Shown: piece after piece, positions 28,865 to 37,438 of the stretch
Position numbering within the stretch: position 1 is the stretch's first letter
Layout: every line of letters begins with the position of its first letter
NCBI GenBank assembly: GCA_016125375.1
Contig: WGLU01000003.1
Span: 36,954 to 100,953 of the forward strand
Direction: 5' to 3'
DNA length: 64,000 nt
DNA from: Pseudomonadota bacterium
Lineage (GTDB): Bacteria > Pseudomonadota > Alphaproteobacteria > UBA1280 > RI-95
Notes under the pieces: model-generated
The model's database searches: none
What the model saw: only the letters and a program-made list of their open reading frames with translations
What the model was told of the DNA's origin: nothing
Translations under genes and position numbers: made by a program

Positions 28865-29650
28865 TCAGGCAAGGTGGTGGCGGATGAAGGCCGCTACCAA
28901 TGCCGCGTTGGTCGAGATACGTTTGTCGAGCGGCTGCTGGCCCGGTGTTTCCGTGCAGGCGCAGCGCGGAATGCCCAGCTTGAAGAGCATCGCCTCGAAC
29001 GAACAGTCGGGGCTGCCATCCGGCACCCACACTGCGTCCGTAAAGGCGAACTCGTCCAGCTTGGCAGCTGCCAGCATCGGGAAGTTGGCCGCCAACACGT
29101 GCCGCAGGCAGGCGGTAAAGCCCGCATCTTCGGCATCGTCGTTGTAGATGAACAGGAACGCCTCATCCATGCGATGGTCCTCGTGCAGGGTCAAGAACCC
29201 GTCACGGGCGAGGTGCAGGACCTCGTGCAGCATGTTCTTGAGGCTGATGATCTCCCGCGAGGGGTTTGCAGGCGCCTGCGCTGTGTCGGTGCAGCCGTAA
29301 TTGGGGTTTTCGCCCCACATGTTATAACGGTTGCCCACCCGGAATCCTGTCGGGTTGACCAGCGGCAGGAACGAGACGTTCGCCCGCCGCAGAAGGTCCG
29401 GGTCGCAGGTGGTCAGGAACTCCACAAGGCCCCAGGGGCCCGCGGGTTCTTCGCCGTGGAATCCGGCCGCAACCAGCAGGTTGGGCAGGTCGGGATTGAT
29501 GCGCGTGGGTACCAGCAGCAACAGCGGTTCGCCGTCGAGCACGTTCAGCACACGCATATCGTAGCCCCGGATGCCGCTCACACGATCCAGAGCGGCCATC
29601 AGGTCGCCGTTAAAACGGCCGATGTCGTAGGGTGTCATGGGCATCTCCAT
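28865..29650 (-). CDS. succinylglutamate desuccinylase / aspartoacylase-family (M14-like) zinc amidohydrolase
   Basis: 'AAGFHGEEPAGPWG' resembles the AstE/AspA 'HGNEP' zinc site. 261 aa. Confidence 0.55.
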   Translation of the reverse strand: MEMPMTPYDIGRFNGDLMAALDRVSGIRGYDMRVLNVLDGEPLLLLVPTRINPDLPNLLVAAGFHGEEPAGPWGLVEFLTTCDPDLLRRANVSFLPLVNPTGFRVGNRYNMWGENPNYGCTDTAQAPANPSREIISLKNMLHEVLHLARDGFLTLHEDHRMDEAFLFIYNDDAEDAGFTACLRHVLAANFPMLAAAKLDEFAFTDAVWVPDGSPDCSFEAMLFKLGIPRCACTETPGQQPLDKRISTNAALVAAFIRHHLA

Positions 29651-29728
29651 GAAAGGGAGTGGGAGGGAGAAGAAACGTCAGAACGGTATGTTGAAATTAA
29701 ACATAAGGCCGCTGGTGGGGATGTTCAA

Positions 29729-29757
29729 GAAAAAAGCCCCCTCGTGAGAGGGGGCAA
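29729..29757 (-). terminator. rho-independent terminator downstream of the LpxH-like gene
   Basis: gccccctc-tcac-gagggggc followed by T6 on the minus strand. Confidence 0.65.
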
Positions 29758-29761
29758 AACG

Positions 29762-30658
29762 TTACGGGAACTCAGGTGCCTGCTTCATGGGTGCATGGTC
29801 GTAGTAGACCAGCGTCAGGTGGCCATCGGCATCCTCGGTCAGGGCGGTGGCACTGATAGTCCAGTCACCGTCGTTGATGTAGAGGTAGCCTTTCTTCTTG
29901 TTCTTGAGGATACGGACATCCGGCAAGTGCAAATGACCACAGACCACGCCATCGCACTTGGCCTTGACGGCCATTTTGACAGCTTTTGTACGGAACCCGC
30001 GCAGGGCGTTGTGCCAGATGTCGGCCAACTCGCGCTCCAGCTTGGGCAGGCGATCGTTGCCGGTCTTTTTCTTGCGGCGTTTGGTGCTCACCTGACTGCG
30101 GTAGGCCAGCCAGCCATAGGCCAACTCTCCGATGTAGCCCAGTGTCCAGCCGCAATCCTCGTGAAAGGTGTCGAGCTGGTCGCCGTGGATGAGCAGCAGC
30201 TTTTTACCCGTCGCTGTGGTGTGCACGGTGGTGCTCTCCACATGGATACGCTGCCAGTCGCCCACGCGGTCGAGCAGTTCCTTGGGCAGCAGAGCCGCAA
30301 GGTCCGCCATGGCCGGGTGGTCAATATCCAGCGTCTTGATGCCGGCAGCTACCAGAGCATGGCCCTGAGGGTCGTGGTTGCCGGGAATGTAAACCACGCG
30401 GGTGCCGTTTGCGGCAGCATCCAGAATGGCATGTACGACGGCTGTGTGCAGGGGCATCCACACCCACTGGCCGAAGCCGCGGGACTGCACGTCGAAGATA
30501 TCCCCCACCAGATAGAGGGTTTCCGCCGTCGTGGTTTTCAGGAAAGTCAGCAGCTCTGCCGCGCGGCAGCGGCGGGTGCCCAAGTGCAGGTCCGAAATCC
30601 AGACCGAACGGTATATGGTGCTTGTCTTGCGGGGCATGAAAGGGCGTCCTTCCGGCAA
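29762..30658 (-). CDS. UDP-2,3-diacylglucosamine diphosphatase-like calcineurin-type metallophosphoesterase (LpxH-like)
   Basis: Metallophosphoesterase motifs 'SDLHLG', 'VGDIFD', 'GNHD', 'IHGD', 'GHLH'. Basic insert 'KRRKKKTG'. Confidence 0.55.
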   Translation of the reverse strand: MPEGRPFMPRKTSTIYRSVWISDLHLGTRRCRAAELLTFLKTTTAETLYLVGDIFDVQSRGFGQWVWMPLHTAVVHAILDAAANGTRVVYIPGNHDPQGHALVAAGIKTLDIDHPAMADLAALLPKELLDRVGDWQRIHVESTTVHTTATGKKLLLIHGDQLDTFHEDCGWTLGYIGELAYGWLAYRSQVSTKRRKKKTGNDRLPKLERELADIWHNALRGFRTKAVKMAVKAKCDGVVCGHLHLPDVRILKNKKKGYLYINDGDWTISATALTEDADGHLTLVYYDHAPMKQAPEFP

Positions 30659-30765
30659 GAGGCGTCGTAAAAAGAGGAAAGAAAAAAGCTCAGGTATAAA
30701 GCGGTGTGCTTACGGGCGGCACCATACCTGTTTATGTTGCACTGCGCAATGGAAGAGGGGCGGGG

Positions 30766-31689
30766 TTAAGCGCTTTTTGCTGGTGTGTCTTTTGCAAAGC
30801 GCCAGGCGCCACCGGGTGTGCCTTTAACGCTGTACATGGCACTGTCAGCGGCCTTGACCAATTCATCAAGGGTTTTGCCGTCGTCGGGGTAGCAGGCCAC
30901 GCCAACGCTGGTGGCAATTTCCACCCGTTTGCCGCCGATGGAGAATGGCTCGCGAATAGCTTTGACAACCCGCTCGGCAGCCAGAGCTGCCTCATCCGAT
31001 GAAAGGAGGTCTTCCAGAATCAGGGTGAATTCGTCCCCGCCCATACGGGCCACGCTGTCGGCCTCGCGCAGGACGCGACGCAGACGGTCGGCAACCTGTT
31101 GCAGCAAGGCGTCGCCTGCATCATGGCCGAGTGTATCGTTCACCCCCTTAAAACCATTGAGGTCTAGGTACAGGACGGCCATTCCCTTGCTATGGCGCTG
31201 AGCGCGGCCAATGGCGCTGGAAATCAGGTTTTTGAACAGTTGGCGATTGCCAAGTCCCGTCAGCGGGTCGTGGTGGGCCACCTTGGAGAGGAAGTTATCC
31301 GCCATGCGTTTCATCAGGATGCTCTCGAAAATCAGCAGCATACGTGTTTCTTCACGGGCAGCTGCAGCAATGGGGACGCATTTGTAGGCAACCGGAAACT
31401 CTTCGCCCGTATGGCTCTGGAAAGCAGACTCCTGCTTATGGTGACGTCCGCCCCTGCAGGCAATGGCCAGCGGTGCGTCGGCCCAGCTGTAGGCGTTGTG
31501 GTTGTCATCCAGTTCGCGGAAGAGCGAAAAGGCGAGGCTGCCGACCATGCCCTCCGGCGCATACCCGAGCATTTTTGCAGCTGCTGGATTGGCGTAGGTG
31601 ATGGTGCCATCTGCCGTCAGACCAATGACCCCTTCGGCGAGATGCTCGAGGGCGAGTTGCTGTTGCGGTGCTGGCAAATGTAACGTCAT
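30766..31689 (-). CDS. PAS-GGDEF diguanylate cyclase
   Basis: PAS-like N-terminus and 'RMGGDEF' active-site motif with 'LTGLGNRQ'. Confidence 0.8.
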   Translation of the reverse strand: MTLHLPAPQQQLALEHLAEGVIGLTADGTITYANPAAAKMLGYAPEGMVGSLAFSLFRELDDNHNAYSWADAPLAIACRGGRHHKQESAFQSHTGEEFPVAYKCVPIAAAAREETRMLLIFESILMKRMADNFLSKVAHHDPLTGLGNRQLFKNLISSAIGRAQRHSKGMAVLYLDLNGFKGVNDTLGHDAGDALLQQVADRLRRVLREADSVARMGGDEFTLILEDLLSSDEAALAAERVVKAIREPFSIGGKRVEIATSVGVACYPDDGKTLDELVKAADSAMYSVKGTPGGAWRFAKDTPAKSA

Positions 31690-31774
31690 CGTAATTCCTT
31701 ATTGGGGCGCACAAAAATAGTGTGGCTGAAACACAACGAATAAATCAAGTTTTTCCCCAAGGGCCCAAAAGGTA

Positions 31775-31802
31775 TTGACGCAGCGCACACAATGCTTATA
31801 TA
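31775..31802 (+). promoter_or_regulatory. sigma70-like promoter of the ornithine decarboxylase operon
   Basis: TTGACG, 16 nt spacer, TATATA, about 395 nt upstream of the ODC start codon. Confidence 0.45.
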
Positions 31803-32196
31803 CGTTTTAGATAAGACGTACACGCACGTGCCGATGGCCCCAGAGCCGCTGGCGGGCGCAAGCCCTACAGCCCTCTGCGCAGGTTATGTAACGACGAAAG
31901 GCGTCCTTGATAGGTTCCGGGTGAGACTCCCGGAGATCGTTGAGGAAACTTTGTTTTTATAAAGGGTAGGCACGTGATGAGCGTACAGGTATATACCTCC
32001 CCCCGACAGCTTGGTTTGTCATACCATATCCTCCCGCAGTGCTGGGTGGCATTCGTAACGCATATGCGCCGTATGGCTGTTGAGGTACCCCACTCCCTCG
32101 TTATTTAGACCGTCTGAGTTATCAGCAGGTGCGACATATCGTACCTGCAAGCGTACCCAAAAAGAAAAAACGCTTACGTGGTGATAACAGGACGAG
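31803..32196 (+). promoter_or_regulatory. long structured 5' leader of the ODC gene; candidate alphaproteobacterial speF-type cis-regulatory RNA
   Basis: About 390 nt untranslated leader with multiple GC-rich helices. The speF RNA motif is known to lie upstream of ornithine decarboxylase genes in Alphaproteobacteria. Identity is inferred from context. Confidence 0.4.
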
Positions 32197-33426
32197 ATGA
32201 AACAGTATATTGCACGTACCCAAACCGCCTTCGGCGCGACCCAACAGCAACCAACCTTCAGCAGCGCGCATGCGCTCGCCGCTGCATGGCGGCCGGATCT
32301 GCCCGTACATTTGTTGTACGCAGACCGTCTGTACACAAATGCCGCCAAGTTTTTGGACAACTTTAACGGCGAGGTTCTGTACGCGGTAAAGTGTAATCCG
32401 GATGCAACCGTGCTCCGCCACTTGTACACAGCGGGTGTGCGCCACTTTGATGTGGCCTCCATCACCGAGGTGCGCACCATTGCCAGCCTGTTCCCCGACG
32501 CGACCATGGCGTTTATGCACCCGGTCAAGAACCGTGCCGCCATCCGCGAGGCCTACTTTACCCACGGTGTGCGCACGTTCGTACTGGATAGTTACGAAGA
32601 ACTGCTGAAAATTCTGGAAGAAACCAACGCCGCCCGTGACCTCACGCTGGTGGTGCGCCTGGCCATGCCAAAGGGCGCTGCCGTCATGAGCCTGAGTGGC
32701 AAGTTCGGTATTGTTCCGGCCGAGGCCGTGCGTCTGCTCAAGAAAACCCGCAAGGGCTGCGTGCGTTTGGGTCTGAGCTTCCACGTCGGTTCCCAGACCA
32801 TGGACCCGCAGGCTTACGTGAATGCCATCAACACCGCCGCCGATGTGGTTATGCAGGCGGGTGTGCGTCTGGATGTGCTGGATGTGGGTGGCGGGTTCCC
32901 GGCTGCTTATCCCGGCATGGTTCCACCGCCGCTGGGTATGTTTATGGATGCCATCCACACAGCTGTGGCCGCCCGCAAGGTGTTCGCCCAGACCAAGCTG
33001 TGGTGCGAGCCCGGCCGTGCACTGGTTGCGGATGCCGGTAGCGTGCTGGTACGCGTTGAGCTGCGTAAGGGTGATCACCTGTACCTGAATGACGGCGTCT
33101 ATGGCAGCCTGTTCGACGCGGGGTCCACAGCCGACTGGCGCTACCCTGTGCGCATTATCCGCCCTGATGGCGATGCCAGTGGTGTGTTGGCACCTTTCAG
33201 CTTTTACGGCCCGACCTGTGACAGCCTTGACCACATGAAAGGACCGTTTTACCTTCCCTCCGATATTCAGGAAGGCGACTGGATAGAAATTGGTCAGCTG
33301 GGTGCCTATGGCGCGACCATGCAGACCATGTTTAACGGGTTCCACTCGAACCTGCTCGTCCATGTGACCCAGCTGCCGAGCTGGCCGCTGGCAAACCAAA
33401 CCCCGCAAATGGAGACTCTGAGCTAA
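32197..33426 (+). CDS. PLP-dependent ornithine (or lysine/ornithine) decarboxylase, eukaryotic-type fold III
   Basis: 'EVLYAVKCNPD' PLP-lysine motif. 'GGGFP' and 'CEPGRALVA' are conserved in ODC/DapDC-fold decarboxylases. Confidence 0.8.
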   Translation: MKQYIARTQTAFGATQQQPTFSSAHALAAAWRPDLPVHLLYADRLYTNAAKFLDNFNGEVLYAVKCNPDATVLRHLYTAGVRHFDVASITEVRTIASLFPDATMAFMHPVKNRAAIREAYFTHGVRTFVLDSYEELLKILEETNAARDLTLVVRLAMPKGAAVMSLSGKFGIVPAEAVRLLKKTRKGCVRLGLSFHVGSQTMDPQAYVNAINTAADVVMQAGVRLDVLDVGGGFPAAYPGMVPPPLGMFMDAIHTAVAARKVFAQTKLWCEPGRALVADAGSVLVRVELRKGDHLYLNDGVYGSLFDAGSTADWRYPVRIIRPDGDASGVLAPFSFYGPTCDSLDHMKGPFYLPSDIQEGDWIEIGQLGAYGATMQTMFNGFHSNLLVHVTQLPSWPLANQTPQMETLS

Positions 33427-33427
33427 A

Positions 33428-34471
33428 ATGGCACTCGCAGCACCAAAGAACTCTGTTAAAGCCGACCTGCTGTCCACCCCTGTGGAGCATATCGACATTA
33501 CAACATTCGATGCCCGCCCGATTATCGACGCGATGGGCAAAATGTCGTTCACCTCGCGCGACCTGTCCCGTGCGGCCGGCATCTTCAACATGATGCTGAA
33601 GGACGAGAAATGCTCCACCGTGCTGACGCTGGCCGGTTCTACCTCCGCCGGCGGCTGCATGCAGGTATATGTGGAAATGGTCAAACGCGGCATGATCGAC
33701 GCGATTGTTTCCACCGGTGCCAGCATCGTGGATATGGACTTTTTCGAAGCTCTGGGCTTCAAACACTATCAAGGCAACCCGTTCCTGGACGATAAAATGC
33801 TGCGCGATAACTACATCGACCGCATTTACGACACCTACATCGACGAGGAAGACTTGCAGGCCTGCGACCATGCTATCAAGGAAATTGCGGACAGTCTGCC
33901 CGCCAAACCGTACTCCAGCCGCGAGTTTATCCGCGAAATGGGCAAATGGCTGGCCGCTGGCAATGCCAAGAAAAAAGACTCCCTCGTGCAGACCTGCTAC
34001 GAGATGGACGTGCCGATTTTCTGCCCGGCCTTTACCGACTCCAGCGCCGGTTTCGGTCTGGTCAAGCACCAGGTTGAGCGTCCGGACAATCACCTGACCA
34101 TCGACTCTATCCGCGACTTCCGCGAACTGACCGATATCAAAATCGCAGCCGGCACAACAGGCCTGCTGATGGTTGGCGGCGGCGTGCCGAAAAACTTTGT
34201 ACAGGACACGGTCGTTTGCGCCGAGATCCTGGGCAAGGAAGTGGACATGCACAAATACGCCATCCAGATTACCGTTGCCGATGTGCGTGACGGTGCCTGC
34301 TCCAGCTCTACCCTGAAAGAAGCGTGTAGCTGGGGTAAAGTGGACACTGCCTACGAGCAGATGGTCTTTGCAGAAGCAAGCAGCGTGATTCCGCTGATGG
34401 CGAGCGATGCCTTCCACCGCGGCTACTGGAAAGGCCGTAAGGCCCGCAAGTTCGCCAAACTGTTCGCTTAA
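33428..34471 (+). CDS. deoxyhypusine-synthase-like protein (candidate homospermidine synthase)
   Basis: About 347 aa with DHS-like NAD-binding regions 'TLAGSTSAGG' and 'LMVGGGVPKNF'. Only 2 nt after the ODC stop. Confidence 0.55.
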   Translation: MALAAPKNSVKADLLSTPVEHIDITTFDARPIIDAMGKMSFTSRDLSRAAGIFNMMLKDEKCSTVLTLAGSTSAGGCMQVYVEMVKRGMIDAIVSTGASIVDMDFFEALGFKHYQGNPFLDDKMLRDNYIDRIYDTYIDEEDLQACDHAIKEIADSLPAKPYSSREFIREMGKWLAAGNAKKKDSLVQTCYEMDVPIFCPAFTDSSAGFGLVKHQVERPDNHLTIDSIRDFRELTDIKIAAGTTGLLMVGGGVPKNFVQDTVVCAEILGKEVDMHKYAIQITVADVRDGACSSSTLKEACSWGKVDTAYEQMVFAEASSVIPLMASDAFHRGYWKGRKARKFAKLFA

Positions 34472-34491
34472 ACGGCAGGGGGAGAACATCC

Positions 34492-35403
34492 ATGCAACCG
34501 ACAAACCTGACAACCCTCCCGCCGGAGCAGGCCTTCCTCGGCCTGCCCGACGACGAGGCGGTAAGCTACGCCGAAGCGGACGCTGTCGTGATTCCTTTCG
34601 GGTACGAAGGCACGGTCAGCTACGGCGGCGGTACCGATAAGGGTCCTGCTGCGATTCTGGAAGCCTCTGCACAGGTAGAGCTTTTTGATGAGGAGCTGTG
34701 GTGCGAGCCGTACAAAAACGTCGGCATCGTCACGCTGGAAGAACCGGAAATGCCGAAGAAGGTCGAGGATGCCCTCAACCTCCTGCAGGGCATGACCGCC
34801 AAGGTACTGGCCGACGGCAAGTTCCCGGTGATTCTGGGCGGCGAGCATGCCATTACCGCAGGGGCCATCCGCCCGTTTGTGGAGAAGTACGGCAAAATCA
34901 GCATCCTCCACTTCGATGCCCACGCCGACCTGCGTGACGGCTATGACGGGGAGCACTACTCCCACGCGGCCGCCCTGCGCCGTTGTCTGGACCATGAGGG
35001 TGTGGACAAGCTGGTATCTGTCGGTATCCGTAATATCTCCGGCGGGGAAATCCCGTTCCTCGAGGCCAGCAAGGGCCGTGTGGAAATCTTCTGGGGTAAG
35101 GATATCGGTACCTGGACGGCTGAAGATGTGGTCAGCGCTCTGGGCAATAATCCGGTCTACATCACCATCGACGTGGACGGGTTCGACAGTTCGGTCATGC
35201 CCGCTACCGGTACACCCGAACCGGGTGGCCTGTTCTGGCCCGACGTGGTGAAAATCCTGCGTCTGGCCTCCAGCCGCTGCAAGGTTGTGGGTGCCGACGT
35301 GGTGGAGCTTGCGCCCATCAAGGGCTTCCACGCGTGTGATTTTCTCACCGCCAAGCTGGTGTACAAGATCCTCGGCTATACCCTGACGGGTAACCGGAAG
35401 TAA
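34492..35403 (+). CDS. speB: agmatinase (ureohydrolase family)
   Basis: Mn-binding motifs 'LGGEHAIT', 'HFDAHADL' and 'DVDGFD'. Confidence 0.8.
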   Translation: MQPTNLTTLPPEQAFLGLPDDEAVSYAEADAVVIPFGYEGTVSYGGGTDKGPAAILEASAQVELFDEELWCEPYKNVGIVTLEEPEMPKKVEDALNLLQGMTAKVLADGKFPVILGGEHAITAGAIRPFVEKYGKISILHFDAHADLRDGYDGEHYSHAAALRRCLDHEGVDKLVSVGIRNISGGEIPFLEASKGRVEIFWGKDIGTWTAEDVVSALGNNPVYITIDVDGFDSSVMPATGTPEPGGLFWPDVVKILRLASSRCKVVGADVVELAPIKGFHACDFLTAKLVYKILGYTLTGNRK

Positions 35404-35434
35404 CAAAAAACCCCCGCGAGAGCGGGGGTTTTTC
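35404..35434. terminator. bidirectional terminator shared by speB and tRNA-Val
   Basis: A6-cccccgc-gaga-gcggggg-T5, abutting the tRNA 3' end. Confidence 0.75.
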
Positions 35435-35435
35435 A

Positions 35436-35512
35436 TGGTGGTCAGTACAAGGATCGAACTTGTGACCCCTACCATGTCAAGGTAGTGCTCTACCGCTGAG
35501 CTAACTGACCAC
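35436..35512 (-). tRNA. tRNA-Val (anticodon GAC), CCA encoded
   Basis: The reverse complement folds as a cloverleaf: GTGGTCAGTTAGCTCAGCGGTAGAGCACTACCTTGACATGGTAGGGGTCACAAGTTCGATCCTTGTACTGACCACCA. Anticodon loop cTTGACATg. Confidence 0.85.
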
Positions 35513-35751
35513 TGAGCCGGAAAACGCACCAGCCGGGCGCTTTTTAAGGTTTCTTGTCTTTCGCGGGACGCGCGTACCTTTGTACGCTTGCGTTTCCACG
35601 GAACGCGAAACCGTTAAAAAATCTCCTCGGCATCGCAGCCACAGGCTGCTTGAGCATTTTCTAACATACAGGTGTATGGTTTTTAGCAAAACGCGTCTGT
35701 CGTTGCAAGCGCCGTTGACGATAAAATGCCCCCGTATTAATTTAGGACCCT

Positions 35752-36168
35752 ATGAAAACCTTATTGCTCACCACCGCGCTTGCGTTTGCCGTCCTGCCCA
35801 CCGCCTATGCGGAAGATGATGACGGCACCCCGACCTATGAAGCATGCTTCAAAATGATGGAAACCGCCCTTAAGGCCCAAAGCGTGATGCTTCAGGCCGA
35901 GACGGATGCGTTGGCCAACCCCCGTAATGTACCCGTAACCGTACCGAACGCGGCGAATGACGCGGCTGCAAAACGTATTATGGACGGTGTGACCATCAAG
36001 GTAGACCCTGCTAACCCGACGGCAACCCCGCAAATTGAAATGGAGCATTACCCGCTCGACGGCGATGGTGACGAAGAGGATGACGACGCCCAGAAAGAGC
36101 TTGAAACCCCGCCGGTCGTCACCCAGAAAGAACTCTGCAAAACCCTGTATGGCATTGCCATCGAATAG
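35752..36168 (+). CDS. small exported acidic hypothetical protein
   Basis: Signal peptide 'MKTLLLTTALAFAVLPTAYA', with a TTGACG..TATTAAT promoter upstream. Asp/Glu-rich C-terminal half. Confidence 0.4.
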   Translation: MKTLLLTTALAFAVLPTAYAEDDDGTPTYEACFKMMETALKAQSVMLQAETDALANPRNVPVTVPNAANDAAAKRIMDGVTIKVDPANPTATPQIEMEHYPLDGDGDEEDDDAQKELETPPVVTQKELCKTLYGIAIE

Positions 36169-36183
36169 AGAAGGAGCCTTGCC

Positions 36184-37308
36184 ATGCCGCAAACAGCGCC
36201 CCAAACATCCCCCCGGTTGCCCAAAGGACTGGCAAACGTGGTGGCCATCAAGCCTTACGTGCCCGGTAAACCGATTGAAGATGTGGCCCGCGAGTTCGGT
36301 CTGACCGAAATTCACAAGCTGGCCTCTAACGAGAGTCCTTACGGCCCGCCGCCCCCTGCAATGGCTGCCTACAAAAAGATTGCCGATGACCTGTGGATTT
36401 ACCCCGATAACGATGCCTTCCGTCTGACCCGTAAGGTGGCCGATATTCACGGTGTGCAGCCGAACCAGATCATTTTCGGCACTGGCAGCTCGCACCTGCT
36501 GGAGCTGGCGGCCCGCGCATTTGCCGGTGCCGGTGACGAGGTCGTGTTCCCCGAGCACGGATTCATCTGCTACGCGTTGTTTACACAGGCGGCAGGGGCC
36601 ACAGCCGTGCGCGTGGCTGAAAAGAACCTGACGGCCGATGTGGATGGCCTGCTGGCAGCTATTACGCCTAAAACCCGGGTGCTGTTCCTTGCCAACCCCA
36701 ACAACCCGACGGGCACCATGCTGGACGAGGAGGCGCTACGCCACCTGTTGGACAATGTCCCCAGCAACGTACTTGTGGTGCTGGACGAGGCCTATGCCGA
36801 CTACGCCCTGATTGAAGGTGGTGTGGACGGTACCGAACTGGTGCATGAATACCGCAACCTGCTTGTGACGCGCACCTTCTCCAAGGCCTACGCGCTGGCA
36901 GCGCTGCGTATTGGTTATGCAATTGGTTCTGAGGAGGTTGTTTCCATCCTTAAACGCCTGCGCCCGCCATTCTCGGTGTCCACACCTGCACTGGTCGCTG
37001 CAGAGGCGGCGATTGGTGACGCGGCGTTTATCAGCGATGTCGTCCGCAAGAACAAGGTCGAGCGCGACCGTATGGCCAAGGCTTATGACGCACTGGGCGT
37101 GCTGGCCTGCCCGTCATACTGCAACTTTGTGCTGCTGGACCTGGCCGTAACAGGCAAGGACCCGTCGGAGCTGTTTGTCGCCCTTCAAAAACAGGGGATT
37201 ATTGTCCGCCCTGTGAAGGAATACGGCCTGAACACGCACTTGCGTGTGTCCATCGGCCTGCCGACGGAAAACGATAAGGTGCTTGCCGCTATCCGGTCCT
37301 TGCTCTAG
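36184..37308 (+). CDS. hisC: histidinol-phosphate aminotransferase
   Basis: 'KLASNESPYGPPP', 'LANPNNPTG' and 'FSKAYALAALRIGY' class II aminotransferase signatures. Confidence 0.85.
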   Translation: MPQTAPQTSPRLPKGLANVVAIKPYVPGKPIEDVAREFGLTEIHKLASNESPYGPPPPAMAAYKKIADDLWIYPDNDAFRLTRKVADIHGVQPNQIIFGTGSSHLLELAARAFAGAGDEVVFPEHGFICYALFTQAAGATAVRVAEKNLTADVDGLLAAITPKTRVLFLANPNNPTGTMLDEEALRHLLDNVPSNVLVVLDEAYADYALIEGGVDGTELVHEYRNLLVTRTFSKAYALAALRIGYAIGSEEVVSILKRLRPPFSVSTPALVAAEAAIGDAAFISDVVRKNKVERDRMAKAYDALGVLACPSYCNFVLLDLAVTGKDPSELFVALQKQGIIVRPVKEYGLNTHLRVSIGLPTENDKVLAAIRSLL

Positions 37309-37327
37309 AGGACCCCATGAAAAGGCG

Positions 37328-37354
37328 CCTGCGGGCGCCTTTTTTATTTGTAAT
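37328..37354 (+). terminator. rho-independent terminator after hisC
   Basis: aggcgcc-tgcg-ggcgcct followed by T6. Confidence 0.7.
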
Positions 37355-37438
37355 TTCACGCTTTTGGCCCTATTTGAAGGTGGTCTGGAGTAAACGCTGG
37401 GCACATCTTCCATTCCTTCTTCTACGGAGCCTTCCGAT

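Noticed and set aside
28874-30670. 598-aa plus-strand ORF spanning the M14-like and LpxH-like genes
   Set aside because: Antisense to two genes with clear catalytic motifs. No motifs of its own.
32122-33762. 546-aa minus-strand ORF across the ODC gene
   Set aside because: Antisense to ODC, which has the PLP motif. Reads through the ODC/DHS junction.
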